Positions 1 through 12,455 are shown, counted from the stretch's first letter. The stretch is DNA of 64,000 nucleotides from an uncultured Actinomycetes bacterium (GCA_963742735.1 CAVUMN010000002.1:1-64000), one strand, 5' to 3'. Notes: a model not told the origin generated them from the sequence alone. Numbers and translations are program-made.

Positions 1-1001
1 GCGCTCTCGGCCGAACGAATGCGCGCAAGCCGGGCCTGCATACGCACGCGGAGCGCCGGCCAGTTCAGGCCCTGTTCCTCGAGGGGACCTGCCAGCGCTT
101 CGCCGTCCTCGCTCGGGTCCTCGCGGGCGGTCACTGCCGCCTCGAACGCCACAGCCCGCGCCCGCAACGCCAGCCCTGGCGCTTTGGCCTCTTCGAACCA
201 TCCCAGCGCCGAGCGAGCCACCCGCTCCGCCTCGACCGGGTCGGTCGCGACCAGATGCGACGCCAGCGCCAGCTCGGCCTCCCCCTGCCGCTGCCGCTGC
301 CCCTTCGATCCGTACGCCTCCGCCGCCTGCCGCAGCATCTCCCCGCCCTGCCGCGTCAGCCCTGCCGCCATCAGCACCTCGGCGCGGTCGGCGTCGCATA
401 CCGCCTTGGCGAGCGGACTGGCTGCCGAAAGGAAGCCATTCGACGACTCCATCAGCTCGAGCGCGCCGACGAGATCCCCGCAAGGAACATCGCGTATGCC
501 CCGTTGTGATCGGCTTGAGCGGCTGACATTTCATCGCCCGCAGCTCGTAGCCCCTCCGGCAGCAGCAGCGAAGTCTGAAACTGCCGCTGCGGTGTCGCGC
601 TGATCCAAGTAGACGGTGCCACGGTTGAGGTGTGCTCGGCCGAGATCGGATGGCGATCCCGCCAGCAGGTCGATGGCTTCACCGAAACTCGTCAACGCCT
701 CGTTGACTCGCCTGCCCGTCTCAGCAACGTGGCACGCTGACCAGCGAGCATCCCGCGGGTCTCCGCGTCGAGCCCGTCGAATCGCAATGCACGTTCACAG
801 AGGTCCAGCGCATGATCTATGTTCGACCGATCTGCGGCCAGGTAGGCAAGCGTCGCCTCGGCGCGTGCTTGCACGGCTGGCAAATCGCCGTCTGCTCCAG
901 CTTGGTTGAGCGCATCTCGAAGCGGACAGTTCGGCTTCCCGTAGGTTGCCCGCGGTGGCCGCTGCCACCCCGTCCCTCTGTAGCCGATCCGCCCTGCTCA
1001 T
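1..1001 (-). CDS. TPR-like helical protein, N-terminal part; probably a CHAT (caspase-like) domain protein running off the window edge; frameshifted
   Basis: ATG at 1001 with GAGGTG RBS just after the subtilase stop. Stitched frames give TPR-like helices (GRAHLNRGTVYLDQ, GDLVGALELM, DRAEVLMAAGL) typical of actinobacterial TPR-CHAT proteins. The CHAT domain itself is not in the window. Confidence 0.6.
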
Positions 1002-1007
1002 CGCACC

Positions 1008-2558
1008 TCAGGAGTCCGACCGCAGCGTGGTCAGTTCCTCGAGAACGGCCCACGCCCGCGTGGTCGCCTCATCGGCGTTCGTTGCAGGGCCGGACTCGAA
1101 CAGACGCTGAGCAATTCTTCCAGCAAGCAGCAGCGCCGCGAAGGACGTGCCGCTCCATGTGCCGAAACCGCCGGTGAAGTCGTCGATGTCAAGCGAGGCT
1201 CGGTCGCGCCCGCCGAATTCGGTTGCGACGTCCGACTGATTGCCACCGTCAAACGTCGTCGGGAACGTGCTGACGAGACCAGCACCGATTTCGTGCGCCC
1301 GCACCCAGGGACCAGCGGCCCGTATGCTCGAAAGGGCGTCCGAACGACGGCTCGGGTTGAGCGCGCCTACCGAGACGATCGGGAGCACGCCCGGCAGCGG
1401 CGTGACTGGACCTGCACCGTCGGACCATGGGGCGAAAGCTGCGGGGAAGTTCGGGCGGGATGTGGCATCGTTCCCTGCCGCACAGACCACGACGGTGCCG
1501 TTGGCACACAGGTCCTCAAGTACCTCATAGAGAGTCCGGTCGAAGAACGGGTCCGATGGCGTTTCGTGGTAGTAGCCCATCGAAAGATTGAGGATGTCGA
1601 TGCGCTTCCCTCGCGGATCGCCCTTCCGGTAGAGGTCAACCAGCTCCGCGATCTGCGCTAGTGCGGTGATCCAGTCCGTCTCTGCGATCGAACCCTCGGG
1701 AGGGACGAGCCCTCCTCCACAACATCTCGGCGTCTGGACACGCTTGGTGGACTAGCCCAGAGATGAACGTCCCGTGACCGGCGAGAGGATCGATCAAGCC
1801 GTCGAGGGGACCAACCTCGTCACGTCGACCCTCCGAATCCGGAACGGGTTGCGGCAAACCAATCGGGGTGCCCATCGAGTCGAGCGTCACGCTCGACAAA
1901 GTCAAGCCACGGATGCGCTCCACACCCAGTGTCGAGCACCGCCACTACCGGCCGCTCGCGGCCTTCCAGCTCTACATCGGTGAGCCTCCGTGGGCGCACC
2001 CCCACATACGCGACCGGGCTGCGTCCCCCCGTCCCGAGAGGGTCGTAGCCGCCCGGGTGGGGCACGTTGAACGGGTGCGGCACGTTGAACGGGTGCGGGA
2101 CGTTGAACGGGTGCGGGACGTTGAACGGATGCGGCACATTGAACGGCTGTGAATCGGCCGCCGGACATGGCACCAGAACATGTTCCAGGCTGACGCCCTG
2201 GACATTCTCAGGACCATCGGCGCGCAAGTACTGCAGAACCGTCCACGCATCAGGCGCCTGTGCAGCCTTGCCTGGTCGTACCCCGAGACGCACGCGACGT
2301 ACGCCGAACCGAAGCCCAACGGCATGAGCCGGCTCGTCTTCGGCAACAGCGCGCCACCCGAGACCCTTGGCGGCCTTGTCGATGCGCTTGAAGGTGTCCT
2401 CGAAGTCGACCGACTTGGACACGAGCAGCATTGAGGATGAAGTAGATCGTCGAGCGTGCGCTGACGCCGTCGACCGCGACCGCGTTGGTCGGTTCGAGAA
2501 AGCGGGCCTCGGTCGATCCATATGCCACTGACAACCGTGGCTCACGCTTGGATTGCAC
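1008..2558 (-). CDS. S8 family (subtilase) serine peptidase, several frameshifts
   Basis: Catalytic motifs across frames: VAVLDTG (Asp), GHGTFISG (His), AAGND (oxyanion Asn), GTSFAA (Ser). GTG start at 2558 with AGGAG RBS. No signal peptide seen. Confidence 0.9.
2055..2146 (-). repeat. Five tandem 18-bp repeats encoding (PFNVPH)5 inside the subtilase
   Basis: Plus-strand units gggtggggcacgttgaac / gggtgcggcacgttgaac / gggtgcgggacgttgaac x2 / ggatgcggcacattgaac. All differences are synonymous in the minus-strand frame. Confidence 0.95.
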
Positions 2559-2571
2559 TGTTACTCCTGGA

Positions 2572-3083
2572 TCAGATCTCGAACGTGGGGGTGAGGAAGG
2601 CTGACGAACCGTCGGCGGGCTCGAAGCGGAGCCGGATGAGGCCGGCGGGCAACGAGGTGAGCTCGAAGCGACCCGAGGCTCCGAGGGTGACGGCGACGAT
2701 CGGCGTACGGACTTCGTCTGCGCGGACGGCGCGGACGGTCATGGGTGAGCCGGGGACGACCCAGCCGTCGAGGCGGGCGGTGGTGTCGGTGTCGGAGGCG
2801 ACGCGTACGAGCACGTCGACGCCGGACTGCGCGAAGCGCAGCGTGTAGGCAGAGCGGGCGGAGGCAGGGGCGGCGGAGCGTACTCCTGCCGCCTCGGCGC
2901 CCGAGGATTCCACCAGGAGCATCAGTCGAGGTCGAGCCCGAGTCCGGACTCCTCGGCGGCGCCGGCAGCGGCCGCCTGCATCCGGGAGATCAGGCCCCCG
3001 GGGACGGGGTCACCGGCAACATAAGCCTGTCGAACCAGACCCAACAGCTCTTCGCGAGTGGGCTCCTCCGAGCGACCCATCAC
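2572..3083 (-). CDS. Putative cytoplasmic anti-sigma-like protein (N-terminal helix with DPVP, C-terminal beta-sandwich); frameshift near 2925
   Basis: Start overlaps the sigma stop (GTGATG). MGRSEEPTREELLGLVRQAYVAGDPVP... joins ORF 2572..2922 (GVRS...YTLRF...RLDGWV...GRFELTSLPAG). Confidence 0.6.
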
Positions 3084-3690
3084 GACACCTCCCCTTCATC
3101 GAGCACAGCCCGCAGTGCGTCCCGCAGCTTCCCGAGACAGCGGCCGCGGGTGGGGCCGATGCTGCCGATGGGCATCTGGAGCTCTTCGGCCAGGCCGGCG
3201 TAGTCGGGCAGGCGGGAGACGCGACCACGCGCAGCAGCCGTCGGCACCGCTCCGGCAACGACTCGACAGCCGCCCAGATGAGCGAGTTGCGGTCGCCCTC
3301 GACGACCAGGGACTCCGCCGAGCGCTGTGTCGGGACGCGGGACTCGAGCGCCTCGTCCTCCACAGGTACGTCGCGCCCGGACCGCTTCGCGACCCGCCAG
3401 GCCTCACGGCGCGTGGTCAGAGTGAGCCAGGCACCGACGGCGGTCGTGTCGAGGATGGTCGAGTGCTTGCGTACGAAAGCAAGCCAACAAGTCTGGACGA
3501 CGTCCTCGGCCTGCTCCTGGGTGAGCCGGTAGGAGCGGGCGACCTGCCACAGGATCGGGGTCATGGTCGCGACCAGCTCATCGAGGGCGGCGGAGTCGCC
3601 GCTGAGCCAACGGTCGAAGTCGGCCGTGGCCCGGGACCATACGGTCACGGGTGCGTCGGCATGACCGATCCCCCGTGGTACCCGTGTCAC
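3080..3690 (-). CDS. ECF (sigma-70 family) RNA polymerase sigma factor; frameshift near 3215
   Basis: Region 2 (AEDVVQTCWLAF...GAWLTLTTRREAWR) and region 4 (LPERCRRLL...DYAGLAEELQMPIGSIGPTRGRCLGKLR). GTG at 3690 with GAGGAGG RBS. Confidence 0.9.
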
Positions 3691-3907
3691 AGTCCCCTCC
3701 TCGACCGGCGGCCTCCGGATCGGCGGCGAACCGCTGGGGGGCCAGACGACGCGCGTGCGCGCCATCGTGGTGGTCATAGTTGCTGTCACGGCTATAAGGA
3801 GGCCCAGGCTCCAGCCGTGATACATCTGATTGCAGACAATAGCGGGTCCCGACAGGCTCGACTACCGGCCAACTACCGGATCACCACTAGCGGGTAGCCT
3901 TCTCCGG

Positions 3908-5068
3908 GTGAGTCTCACCGTGCGCCCCATCACCGCTGCGGAGCATCTCGCCTTCATCGAGAAGCAACCCAGCGTGAGCTTCCTCCAGACCCCCTCGTGG
4001 GCACGGGTCAAGACCGAGTGGCGTTCGGAGTCGATCGGATGGTTCGACAGCCTGCAGGGCGGAGCCCTCGTCGGCGCCGCGCTGGTGCTGCACCGGCCGG
4101 TCCCGAAGCTGGAGCGGTTCACCCTCGCCTACCTGCCGGAAGGCCCCGAGCATCGACTGGTCGGGTGACCTCGCTCCATGGCTGGGCCACTTGCGCCGTA
4201 CCTGAAGAAGAACCACGCCTTCGGCATCCGCATCGGCCCGCCCGTCACGACCGCCACCTGGAGCGCGGACCAGGTCAAGGACGGCATCGCCGACGACACC
4301 GTCCAGCGGCTCAACCAGCTGACCCCGACCCACCGCGACGCCACCGGCGCGCGCGTGGTCTCGCAGCTCAGGGCGGCGGGCTGGCGGCTGCAGAGCCCCG
4401 AGGACGGCTTCGGTGCAGGGCAGCCGCAATACAACTTCGTCATCCCGCTGGCCAACGAGGACGGCACCCCGAAGACCGAGGACGAGGTCCTCAAGGGGAT
4501 GAACCAACTCTGGCGCCGCAACATCAAGAAGGCCAGCAAGATGGGCGTCGAGGTCACCGTCGCCTCCCCCGTCGACCCGGCGGACGGCGACTTCGAGGGC
4601 GACCTGAGCGCCTTCCACGATCTCTACGTCCACACCGCCCCGCGACCACTTCACCCCCCGCCAACGGAGCTACTTCAGCACCATGTTCTGGGCGATGTCG
4701 ACCGAGGACCCGGAGCGGATCAACTCTTCCTGGCGCGGCACGAGGGCGATCTGGTCGCCGCCACGATCATGGTCCGCGTCGGGCAGTACGCCTGGTACTC
4801 CTACGGGGCCTCCTCGACCGAGAAGCGAGACGTACGTGGCTCCAACGCCCTCCAGTGGGCGATGATCCAGGACGCCATGGCCGCCGGCGCGACCAGCTAC
4901 GACCTGCGCGGCATCACTCCGACGCTCTCCACCGACGACTCCCACGTGGGGCTGATCCAGTTCAAGGTCGGCACCGGTGGCCAGGCGGTGGAGTACGCCG
5001 GGGAGTGGGACCTGCCGCTGAACAAGCCGATCTACACGGCCTTCGATGTCTACATGAAGAGGCGCTGA
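3908..5068 (+). CDS. FemAB/FemX family peptidoglycan bridge aminoacyltransferase; frameshifted
   Basis: SFLQTPSWARVK, AYLPEGP, WRRNIKKA, AWYSYGASS, GLIQFKVG, EYAGEWD motifs. Frameshifts near 4150 and 4640-4720. Confidence 0.9.
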
Positions 5069-5075
5069 TCTCCGT

Positions 5076-6125
5076 ATGCCGCTGAAACTGACCGTTGACG
5101 CCGATCGCTGGCGCAAGCACGTCCAGACCTTCGCCGAGGCGACCCCTGGCCTGGTCCCGGTGGCGAAGGGCAACGGCTACGGCCTCACCCTGCGCAAGCT
5201 CGCCCACCAGACCGAGTGGCTCAACAGCCTCGGCACCGGCGTCGACACGCTCGCGGTGGGCACCTACAACGAGGTGTGGGAGGTCGCGACCCGGTTCAGC
5301 GGATCGATCTACGTCCTCACCCCGTGGCGGCCCTACTCGACCGAGATCAACCCGGAGATCGCGGACCGGATCATCCACACGATCAGCCGCCCCGAGGACC
5401 TGCCGCTGCTCCTGGAGCGCCAGCCCGGCGCGCGAGTCATCCTCGAGCTGGTCACCTCGATGCGCCGCCACGGGATGACGCCGAGCGACCTGTGGCCGAC
5501 CGCCGCCGTCGCCCGCGACCACGCCCGCTTCGAGGGCATCACCATGCACTTCGGTCTCGACGGCGGTTCGCTCGCCGAGGTACGCGCCCAGATGGACGCC
5601 GTCGTCGGCGCCGAGGCGAAGACGGTGGGTCTCCCACCTGAGCGCCAACGAGCTGGCTCAGCTGCGTGCGGCCTACGGCGACATCACCTTCCGGCCCCGC
5701 GTCGGCACCGCGCTCTGGCTCGGTGACCGCGGCGCGCTCACCGTGACCGCCACCGTCGAGGACGTACACCCCCTCGAGCGGGGCTACTCCTACGGCTACC
5801 GCGGCCGCACCGCGATGCGCGCCGGTCATCTGGTGGTCGCCTCCGGTGGCACCGCCCACGGGACCGGGCTCGAGGCGCCGCTGGGCGACACCCACCTGCG
5901 CTCCCGCGCCCTCGCGGTCGCCCGCGGCGGGCTCAACGCCATGGGGCAGTCCCGCTCGCCGTACACGCTCGACGGCAAGGCGCTCTGGTTCTCCGAACCG
6001 CCGCACATGCAGGAGTCGATGTCACGCTTCCCGCGGGCGCACGCGTGCCTGAGGTCGGCGAGGAGCTCGAGGTGCGGGTGCGCTACACCGCGACCTCGTT
6101 CGACGAGATCATCCTGGAGTCCTGA
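5076..6125 (+). CDS. Alanine racemase-like PLP protein; frameshifted
   Basis: PVAKGNGYG PLP-lysine motif, LVTSMRRHG, RPRVGTALW, SYGYRG, FSEPPHMQ. Typical neighbour of femX in actinobacteria. Confidence 0.8.
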
Positions 6126-7524
6126 GCCTCGGCCTCCACCGTCGCCTCGGTCCATCGGACCGGGTCGCGCCACGGCTCGTAGATCTCCCGGACCACGACG
6201 ACGATCAGATAGATCTCGGCGGCGACCCGGGCGATGATCGCGAACCAGTACACCGGCTGGTCTCCACCGCTGCCGGCCAGCAGGTCCGCGAGATACCACC
6301 AGACCGCGACGAAGTAGAAGAGCTCACCGGCCTGCCAGATCAGCTGGTCACGCCAGCGCGGCACGGCGAGGACGGCCAGCGGCAGCAACCACAGTACGTA
6401 CTGCGGTGAGTACACCTTGTTGACCAGCAGGAACCCGGCGACGATCAGGAAGCCGAGCTGCGCCAGCCGCGGTGTCTCACGGGCCGTCAGACCGATGATG
6501 AGTACGCCGCTGCACCAGGCGATGAAGAAGGCCCAGGAGACGAGGTTGACCGTCTGTGCCGAGATCGCCGCGTCGCTCGCCTGCTGGACCACGAGCCACA
6601 GCGAGCCGAGGTCCGGGCCGCGCTCGGAGTTGAAGCTCCAGAAGACCTTCCACTCCTCCACACCCGTGAAGATCGCGGGCAGGTTGGCGAGCACCCAGGC
6701 GAGGACCGTCGCCAGGGCGGCGACCGCCAGGTCGTAGTAGCGGCGGCGCCGGATGCAGATCACGACCAGTCCGCCGAGCAGGAAGAGCGGGTAGAGCTTG
6801 GTCGCGCAGCCGAGCCCGATGAGGATGCCCGTCAGCAGCGGCCGATCGCGCGACCACGCCCACAGCGCGCCGGCCACGAAGACCACCGCCAGCATGTCCC
6901 AGTTGATGATCCCGGTCGCCGCCAGCACTGGGGCGAGCGCGAAGGCGGCCGCGTCCCAGGGCCGTCGGCCGTGCGACGCGCGAGGAACCAGGCGGAGAGC
7001 AGCGCCGCGACCGCGAAGCCGATCACGTTGACGATGATGAAGACCCGGATCTCGTGGTGCATGCCGGGCAGGCCCCAGAAGCTCGAGGTCTCCACCAGAT
7101 GGCGTTCGTCCTCGTCGGGGGTGTCGGTCAGCCAGTCGGTGACGTGGGACGTCGCCCAGGCGTAGTAGGAGATGCCGACCGGGTACTCCATCACCTGCTG
7201 GTAGCGCGCCCGGACCTCAGGATCGGCGGAGTAGGGCCACTCGTGCTCGGCCAGGCCGCGGTCGACGTAGAGATAGGGCAGGTCGGAGTAGCAGAAGTGG
7301 GTGTATCTGGTGTCGCCGTTGGTCCAGGTGGCGTTGTAGCAGGTCTGCTTGGAGACCATCCCGATCGCGAAGGTGAGCGCGGTCAGGAGCAGCACCAGGC
7401 CGACCGCGCTGAACCAGCGCCGTCGGCCGTGTGCGAGCCCACCGAGAGGACCGCCGATGGCGGTGGACGCGGTCCTGACGACCGGATCCTCCGCCGCCGG
7501 GGCGGTCACTGGACCATCACTCAC
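6083..7524 (-). CDS. GT87/DUF2029-type polytopic membrane glycosyltransferase; frameshift near 6975
   Basis: CYSDLPYLY, MEYPVG, INWDMLAV, KLYP, NKVYSPQYVLWL motifs; many TM helices. Confidence 0.85.
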
Positions 7525-10340
7525 TGAGTAGCGCCCTCCGCGGTGCCTGGTCGTTGTTGCCGCCGCCATTGTTGCCGTCGGCGGGCGGTGAGGACGACGA
7601 CTCACAGTCGCCGAACCAGTCGCAGGCGGTCTCGGTGACCTCCGGATCGGTCGACTCCGACTCGTCGGGGGTCGTGCCCTCGCCCGGATCACCGTCGGTG
7701 GCCCCGTCCGAGGGACTCTGGGTCTCCTCCGGCTCCTCGATCGGGATGCAGAGGCCCTTGCGCTCGTCCTTCTTAGAGCAGTCCTCCGACGGTGTCGGGG
7801 TCGGGTCGGGGGTGTTGGTCAGCGACGGCTCGTGACCGTCCTGCGGCGCTTCGCCGTCCATCCAGGCCGGCTCGGGGAACTCCTCGACATCGATGTCGTC
7901 GGTCAGCGTGCTCATGATCTGCTTCCAGGTTCGGCGGGATAACCCGCACCGAAGTACGAGTCCAGCCAGCCATCCAGCCTGCCCAACCCCTCGCCGCGCA
8001 CGAGCATGACGGCAGTGGCCAACTGTGGGTGTAGCCCGCGAACCAAGCCGAGGAGACGTACGACTTCTCGCCCGAACCACCCGTTGCCGTGCCTGTCTTA
8101 CCTGCGGCTGGCTGGACATCCAGGGCAGCCGTCTTGCCGGTGCCGTTCTCCACGACCTGCTGCAGGGCGTAGGAGGTGTCGTCGGCGGCGTCCTCGGACA
8201 TCGCCCGCTCCTCGCCGTCACGCTGGTCCCACTCGTAGACGACGTTGCCCTCAGCGTCAACCACCTTTGAAACGACGTGCACGGTGTTGCGTACGCCGCC
8301 GTTGGCGATGGTCGCGTAGGCGTTGGCCATGTTGATCGGACTCATCCGGGACCGGCCGAGCGTGACCAGGTAGTCCTTCGGGTCGAAGTCCTCGGAGTAG
8401 AAGGGCATCGACCGGTAGTCGGCCGGTGCGTCATCCGCGTACTCCTTCTGTGGCGGCAGGCCAGCTTTCACGGCCATGTCGTAGACGTCGTTGTAGCCGT
8501 CGGGCAGATCCTCCGACATCTGAACGAAAGATGTGTTGATCGACTCCTCCATCGCCTTGATGCCCGTGACGTGTTCGCCGTAGGAGTGTCCTTGTGGATC
8601 GGCATCGCTTTGGCCCGAGTTGCGGATGACATTGCCACCGGGAATCTCATATCCGCCCTCGCCCGTCCACGTGTCCTTCAGCGAGTAACCCGCTTCCAGA
8701 GCAGCAGCAAGGGTGAACGGCTTCATCGTCGAGCCCGCCATTCCGCCTGTCGCTGCCCAGTTGTACTGGGAGTTGAGGTAGTCCTGGCCGCCGTAGAAGC
8801 CCTTGAGCGCACCGGTCTTCACGTCGACCGTGGCAGCGCCCACGTGCAGCGCATTCTCCGGGTGCTTCTCGTTGACCGCCTTCTTGTCGCTGGGACGTAC
8901 GTCCTTGACTGCGTCCTCCGCTGCCTTCATCGCCTTCGCGCTGAGCGTGGTGGTGACCTTCAGCCCCTTGCTGTCGATGTCCTCCTCGGTGAAGAGGGGT
9001 TCGCCGTTTTGGTTCTCCAGCGACATCAGCTCCTTCTTCACCAGGGTGAGCGCGTGACCCTTCTGGCCACCGAGACGGCTGTCGGCCTTCGGCTTGGGGA
9101 ACTTGGGCAGCGCCGCCTTCGACTTCTCAAGGGTGGCCTCGTCGTAGTCGCTGAGCGCCTTGCCCTGGGCCTTGAGGTCAGCCATCCCGTTGAGGACGTA
9201 CTGATAGCGGCCCAGCAGCTCGGTGCCGCCGGCGTCCTCGCCCGCCTTCTCCGGGTCGAACCCGTTCGGGTTGTTGAGGATCGCGGTGAGGGCCGCAGCC
9301 TCCTTGATGTCAAGCTCCTGGGCCGACTTGCGGAAGTAGGTCTTCGCCGCGGCCTGGACACCGTAGGCGCCGCGGCCGAAGTAGACGGTGTTGAGGTAGC
9401 CGGTGAGGATCTCGTCCTTCGACTTCTGCCGGCTGATCTTCAGCGAGATGACCGCTTCCTTGACCTTGCGGGAGTAGGTGCGCTCCTGGCTCAGGTAGAG
9501 GTTCTTCACGTACTGCTGGGTGATCGTCGAGGCGCCGCCCTGGCTGCCGGTGGTGGCGTTGGAGAAGAGCGTGCGGGCGATGCCCTTGAGGTCGATGCCG
9601 TTGTTCTCGTAGAAGCTGCGGTCCTCGGCGGCCACGGCCGCGTCCTTCACGAGCGCCGGGCATCTCGTCCACGCTCAGCGCGTCACGGTTCTGGTCGCCC
9701 GCCTGGAAGCGGCCGACCTCCTTCTTGCCGCCGGCGTAGTAGACGAAGCTCGACTCGGCCTCGAACGCCGCGTTGGCGCTGGGGATCGAGATCATGTTGT
9801 AGGAGATGATCACCGCGGCGCTGCCGATCAGCGCCATGACCAGGGCGAAGATCGCGGCGATCTTGCCGACCTTGAGCGCCAGGGCCTTCTTGTCGAGCCC
9901 CTCGTCATCGAAGCGGCCGTTCGGCGCGCCGGCGACCAGTTGGGGTCACGCGGCCCACGACCGCCACCGCCACGCTCGGGACGTGCGGGCCGCTGACCGA
10001 GACGGTCGACCGGGGGCTCACCAGGACGACGGGGACCCGGATTGGGCGGCCGCTGACCGGGACGGGGACCACCGGGAGGCATCGGGCGCTGGGCGCCACG
10101 GGGCTGAGGACGACGGCCTGACGGCTGGCCCTGCGGAGAACCCTGCGGAGCACCCTGAGCGCGGCGCGGTGCCGGCGGACGACCGCCCGGACCACCCTGC
10201 GGAGGGCGCGGGCCGCCCTGGGGTCGTCCTTGCTGCCCGCCGGGATTGGATCTACGGGGGCTGGCGCTTCGAGGGCTGGGCCTTTGAGAACTGTGTTCGT
10301 TCGGATAGGCGCCGGATGGGTCGCTCACGGGTTGTTGCAC
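7517..10340 (-). CDS. ponA: Class A penicillin-binding protein (transglycosylase/transpeptidase, PBP1A); frameshifted
   Basis: AAEDRSFY, QGGASTITQQYVKN, RKVKE, GSTMKPF (SxxK), SIN, AGKTGT. Pro/Arg-rich N-terminal and acidic C-terminal tails. Start approximate. Confidence 0.9.
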
Positions 10341-10661
10341 TGCTCCTGTGACTGCCCGGCACGTGACCGGACGGGCTGACACTGACAATCCCCCGACGTC
10401 GCTGAATCCCCCCGAGGGAATCCCATCAACCTGACGCGCGACGCTTGCCTAACCTTGCCCGGGTGGATCCGCAGGTAGGTGAACGGCAGCCATCAGCGTA
10501 CGCAATCGACGCTAGCGCTCCCGCATCCACGCCCAGCGCGCCTCAAGTCACCCGACGTCAACAGTTCGGTGACGGTTGCATCGAAGTGGTCTCTCCAGAC
10601 GTATGCAGACAAGACTTTGGTCTCTATTTGTCATCACAGATATATCGGTACGATAGGTCGT

Positions 10662-11312
10662 ATGGCACGTCGCGCAGAGACGATCGAGTTGGCAGTCCTT
10701 GGGCTGCTGCACGAGTCGCCTATGCATGGCTACGAGCTGCGCAAGCGGCTCAACCTGATGCTGGGCTGGGGGCGAGTGCTGTCGTACGGCTCGCTCTACC
10801 CGGCTCTGAAGAAGATGCTGCGCAAGCACCTCATCGAAGAGGAGGCGCAGTCCGTCACGCCGGTGACCCGGCGACCGCGGATCGTCTACCAGCTGACGCC
10901 TGCCGGAGAGCGTGAGTTCACCCAGCTCATGTCCGAGGTCGGTCCGATGGCCTGGGAGGACGACAACTTCGACATCAGGTTCGCGTTCTTCGGTCGCACC
11001 GACATGGAGATCAGGCTGCGCGTCCTCGAAGGACGTCGCAGCCGGCTCCAGGAGCGGCTCGACCGGGTGCAACGCGAGCTTGCCATGACCCAGAAAGAGG
11101 TCGACTCCTACGCCCGCGAGCTTCAGCGTCACGGCGTCGAGTCGGTCGAGCGGGAGGTCCGATGGCTCTCCTCTCTGATCGACGCCGAACGCAACCCCAG
11201 GCCTGCGAACGACGAGCAGGCGGCGGGTCGGGGGGATCTGGGGGATGACGATGGCGTACGCGACGAAGCGGACGTCTCGCGCACAGCGCAGAGCAGCCAA
11301 GAGAACGAGTGA
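10662..11312 (+). CDS. PadR family transcriptional regulator
   Basis: LAVLGLLHESPMHGYELRKRL...SYGSLYPALK. Conserved position upstream of ino1. Confidence 0.92.
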   Translation: MARRAETIELAVLGLLHESPMHGYELRKRLNLMLGWGRVLSYGSLYPALKKMLRKHLIEEEAQSVTPVTRRPRIVYQLTPAGEREFTQLMSEVGPMAWEDDNFDIRFAFFGRTDMEIRLRVLEGRRSRLQERLDRVQRELAMTQKEVDSYARELQRHGVESVEREVRWLSSLIDAERNPRPANDEQAAGRGDLGDDDGVRDEADVSRTAQSSQENE

Positions 11313-11357
11313 TGACCTCCGGGCCGGTGTCGGCCCGGAGTATTGGAAGGAGCCCCG

Positions 11358-12440
11358 ATGGGTTCGGTTCGTGTAGCAATCGCGGGAGTCGGCAACTGCG
11401 CCAGCTCCCTGGTCCAGGGTGTGGAGTACTACAGGGACGCCGACCCGGCGGCCAGCGTCCCGGGCCTCATGCACGTCACATTCGGCGACTACCACGTCTC
11501 TGACGTCGAGTTCGTCGCTGCCTTCGACGTCGACGACAAGAAGGTCGGCAAGGACCTCTCCGAGGCGATCAACGCCTCCGAGAACAACACCATCAAGATC
11601 GCCGACGTCCCGTTCAAGGGCATCGAGGTCCAGCGTGGTCCCACGCTCGACGGTCTGGGCAAGTACTACCGGCAGACCATCTCCGAGTCGGGGCTCGACC
11701 CCGTGGACGTGGTCTCGGTCCTTCGCGAGAAGGAGGTGGACGTCCTCGTCTCCTACCTTCCGGTCGGCTCGGAGGAGGCGGACAAGTTCTACGCGCAGTG
11801 CGCGATCGACGCGGGCGTCGCCTTCGTCAACGCGCTGCCGGTCTTCATCGCCTCCGACCCCGAGTGGGCCGCGAAGTTCGAGGCCGCCGGCGTCCCGATC
11901 GTCGGTGACGACATCAAGTCGCAGGTCGGTGCCACCATCACCCACCGCGTCATGGCCAAGCTGTTCGAGGATCGCGGCGTCGCGCTGGACCGTACGTACC
12001 AGCTCAACGTCGGCGGCAACATGGACTTCAAGAACATGCTCGAGCGTGAGCGGCTGGAGTCCAAGAAGGTCTCGAAGACGCAGGCCGTCACATCCAACCT
12101 GCACGGGGAGTTGGCGAACAAGATCGACGACCGCAACGTGCACATCGGTCCTTCGGACTACGTGCAGTGGCTCGACGACCGCAAGTGGGCGTACGTCCGG
12201 CTCGAGGGTCGCGCGTTCGGTGATGTCCCGCTCAACCTGGAGTACAAGCTCGAGGTCTGGGACTCCCCCAACTCCGCGGGCATCATCATCGACGCCGTCC
12301 GTGCGGCGAAGATCGCCAAGGACCGCGGCATCGGCGGCCCGATCATCCCGGCCTCGGCCTACCTCATGAAGAGCCCGCCGGTTCAGATCGAGGACACCGA
12401 GGGTCGCGTTCAGCTGGAGGCGTTCATCCGCGGCGAGTGA
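11358..12440 (+). CDS. ino1: Inositol-3-phosphate synthase
   Basis: [53 protein letters not shown]. Confidence 0.97.
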   Translation: MGSVRVAIAGVGNCASSLVQGVEYYRDADPAASVPGLMHVTFGDYHVSDVEFVAAFDVDDKKVGKDLSEAINASENNTIKIADVPFKGIEVQRGPTLDGLGKYYRQTISESGLDPVDVVSVLREKEVDVLVSYLPVGSEEADKFYAQCAIDAGVAFVNALPVFIASDPEWAAKFEAAGVPIVGDDIKSQVGATITHRVMAKLFEDRGVALDRTYQLNVGGNMDFKNMLERERLESKKVSKTQAVTSNLHGELANKIDDRNVHIGPSDYVQWLDDRKWAYVRLEGRAFGDVPLNLEYKLEVWDSPNSAGIIIDAVRAAKIAKDRGIGGPIIPASAYLMKSPPVQIEDTEGRVQLEAFIRGE

Positions 12441-12455
12441 CTCTCTGCCGCTGAC

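Noticed and set aside
2055-2146. 18-bp tandem repeat as a CRISPR array
   Set aside because: No spacers, in-frame coding with synonymous variation only, and no cas genes.
1-10340. Many frameshifts as pseudogenisation or programmed frameshifting
   Set aside because: They hit nearly every gene, including ponA and femX, and catalytic motifs are intact. Long-read indel error is the simpler explanation.
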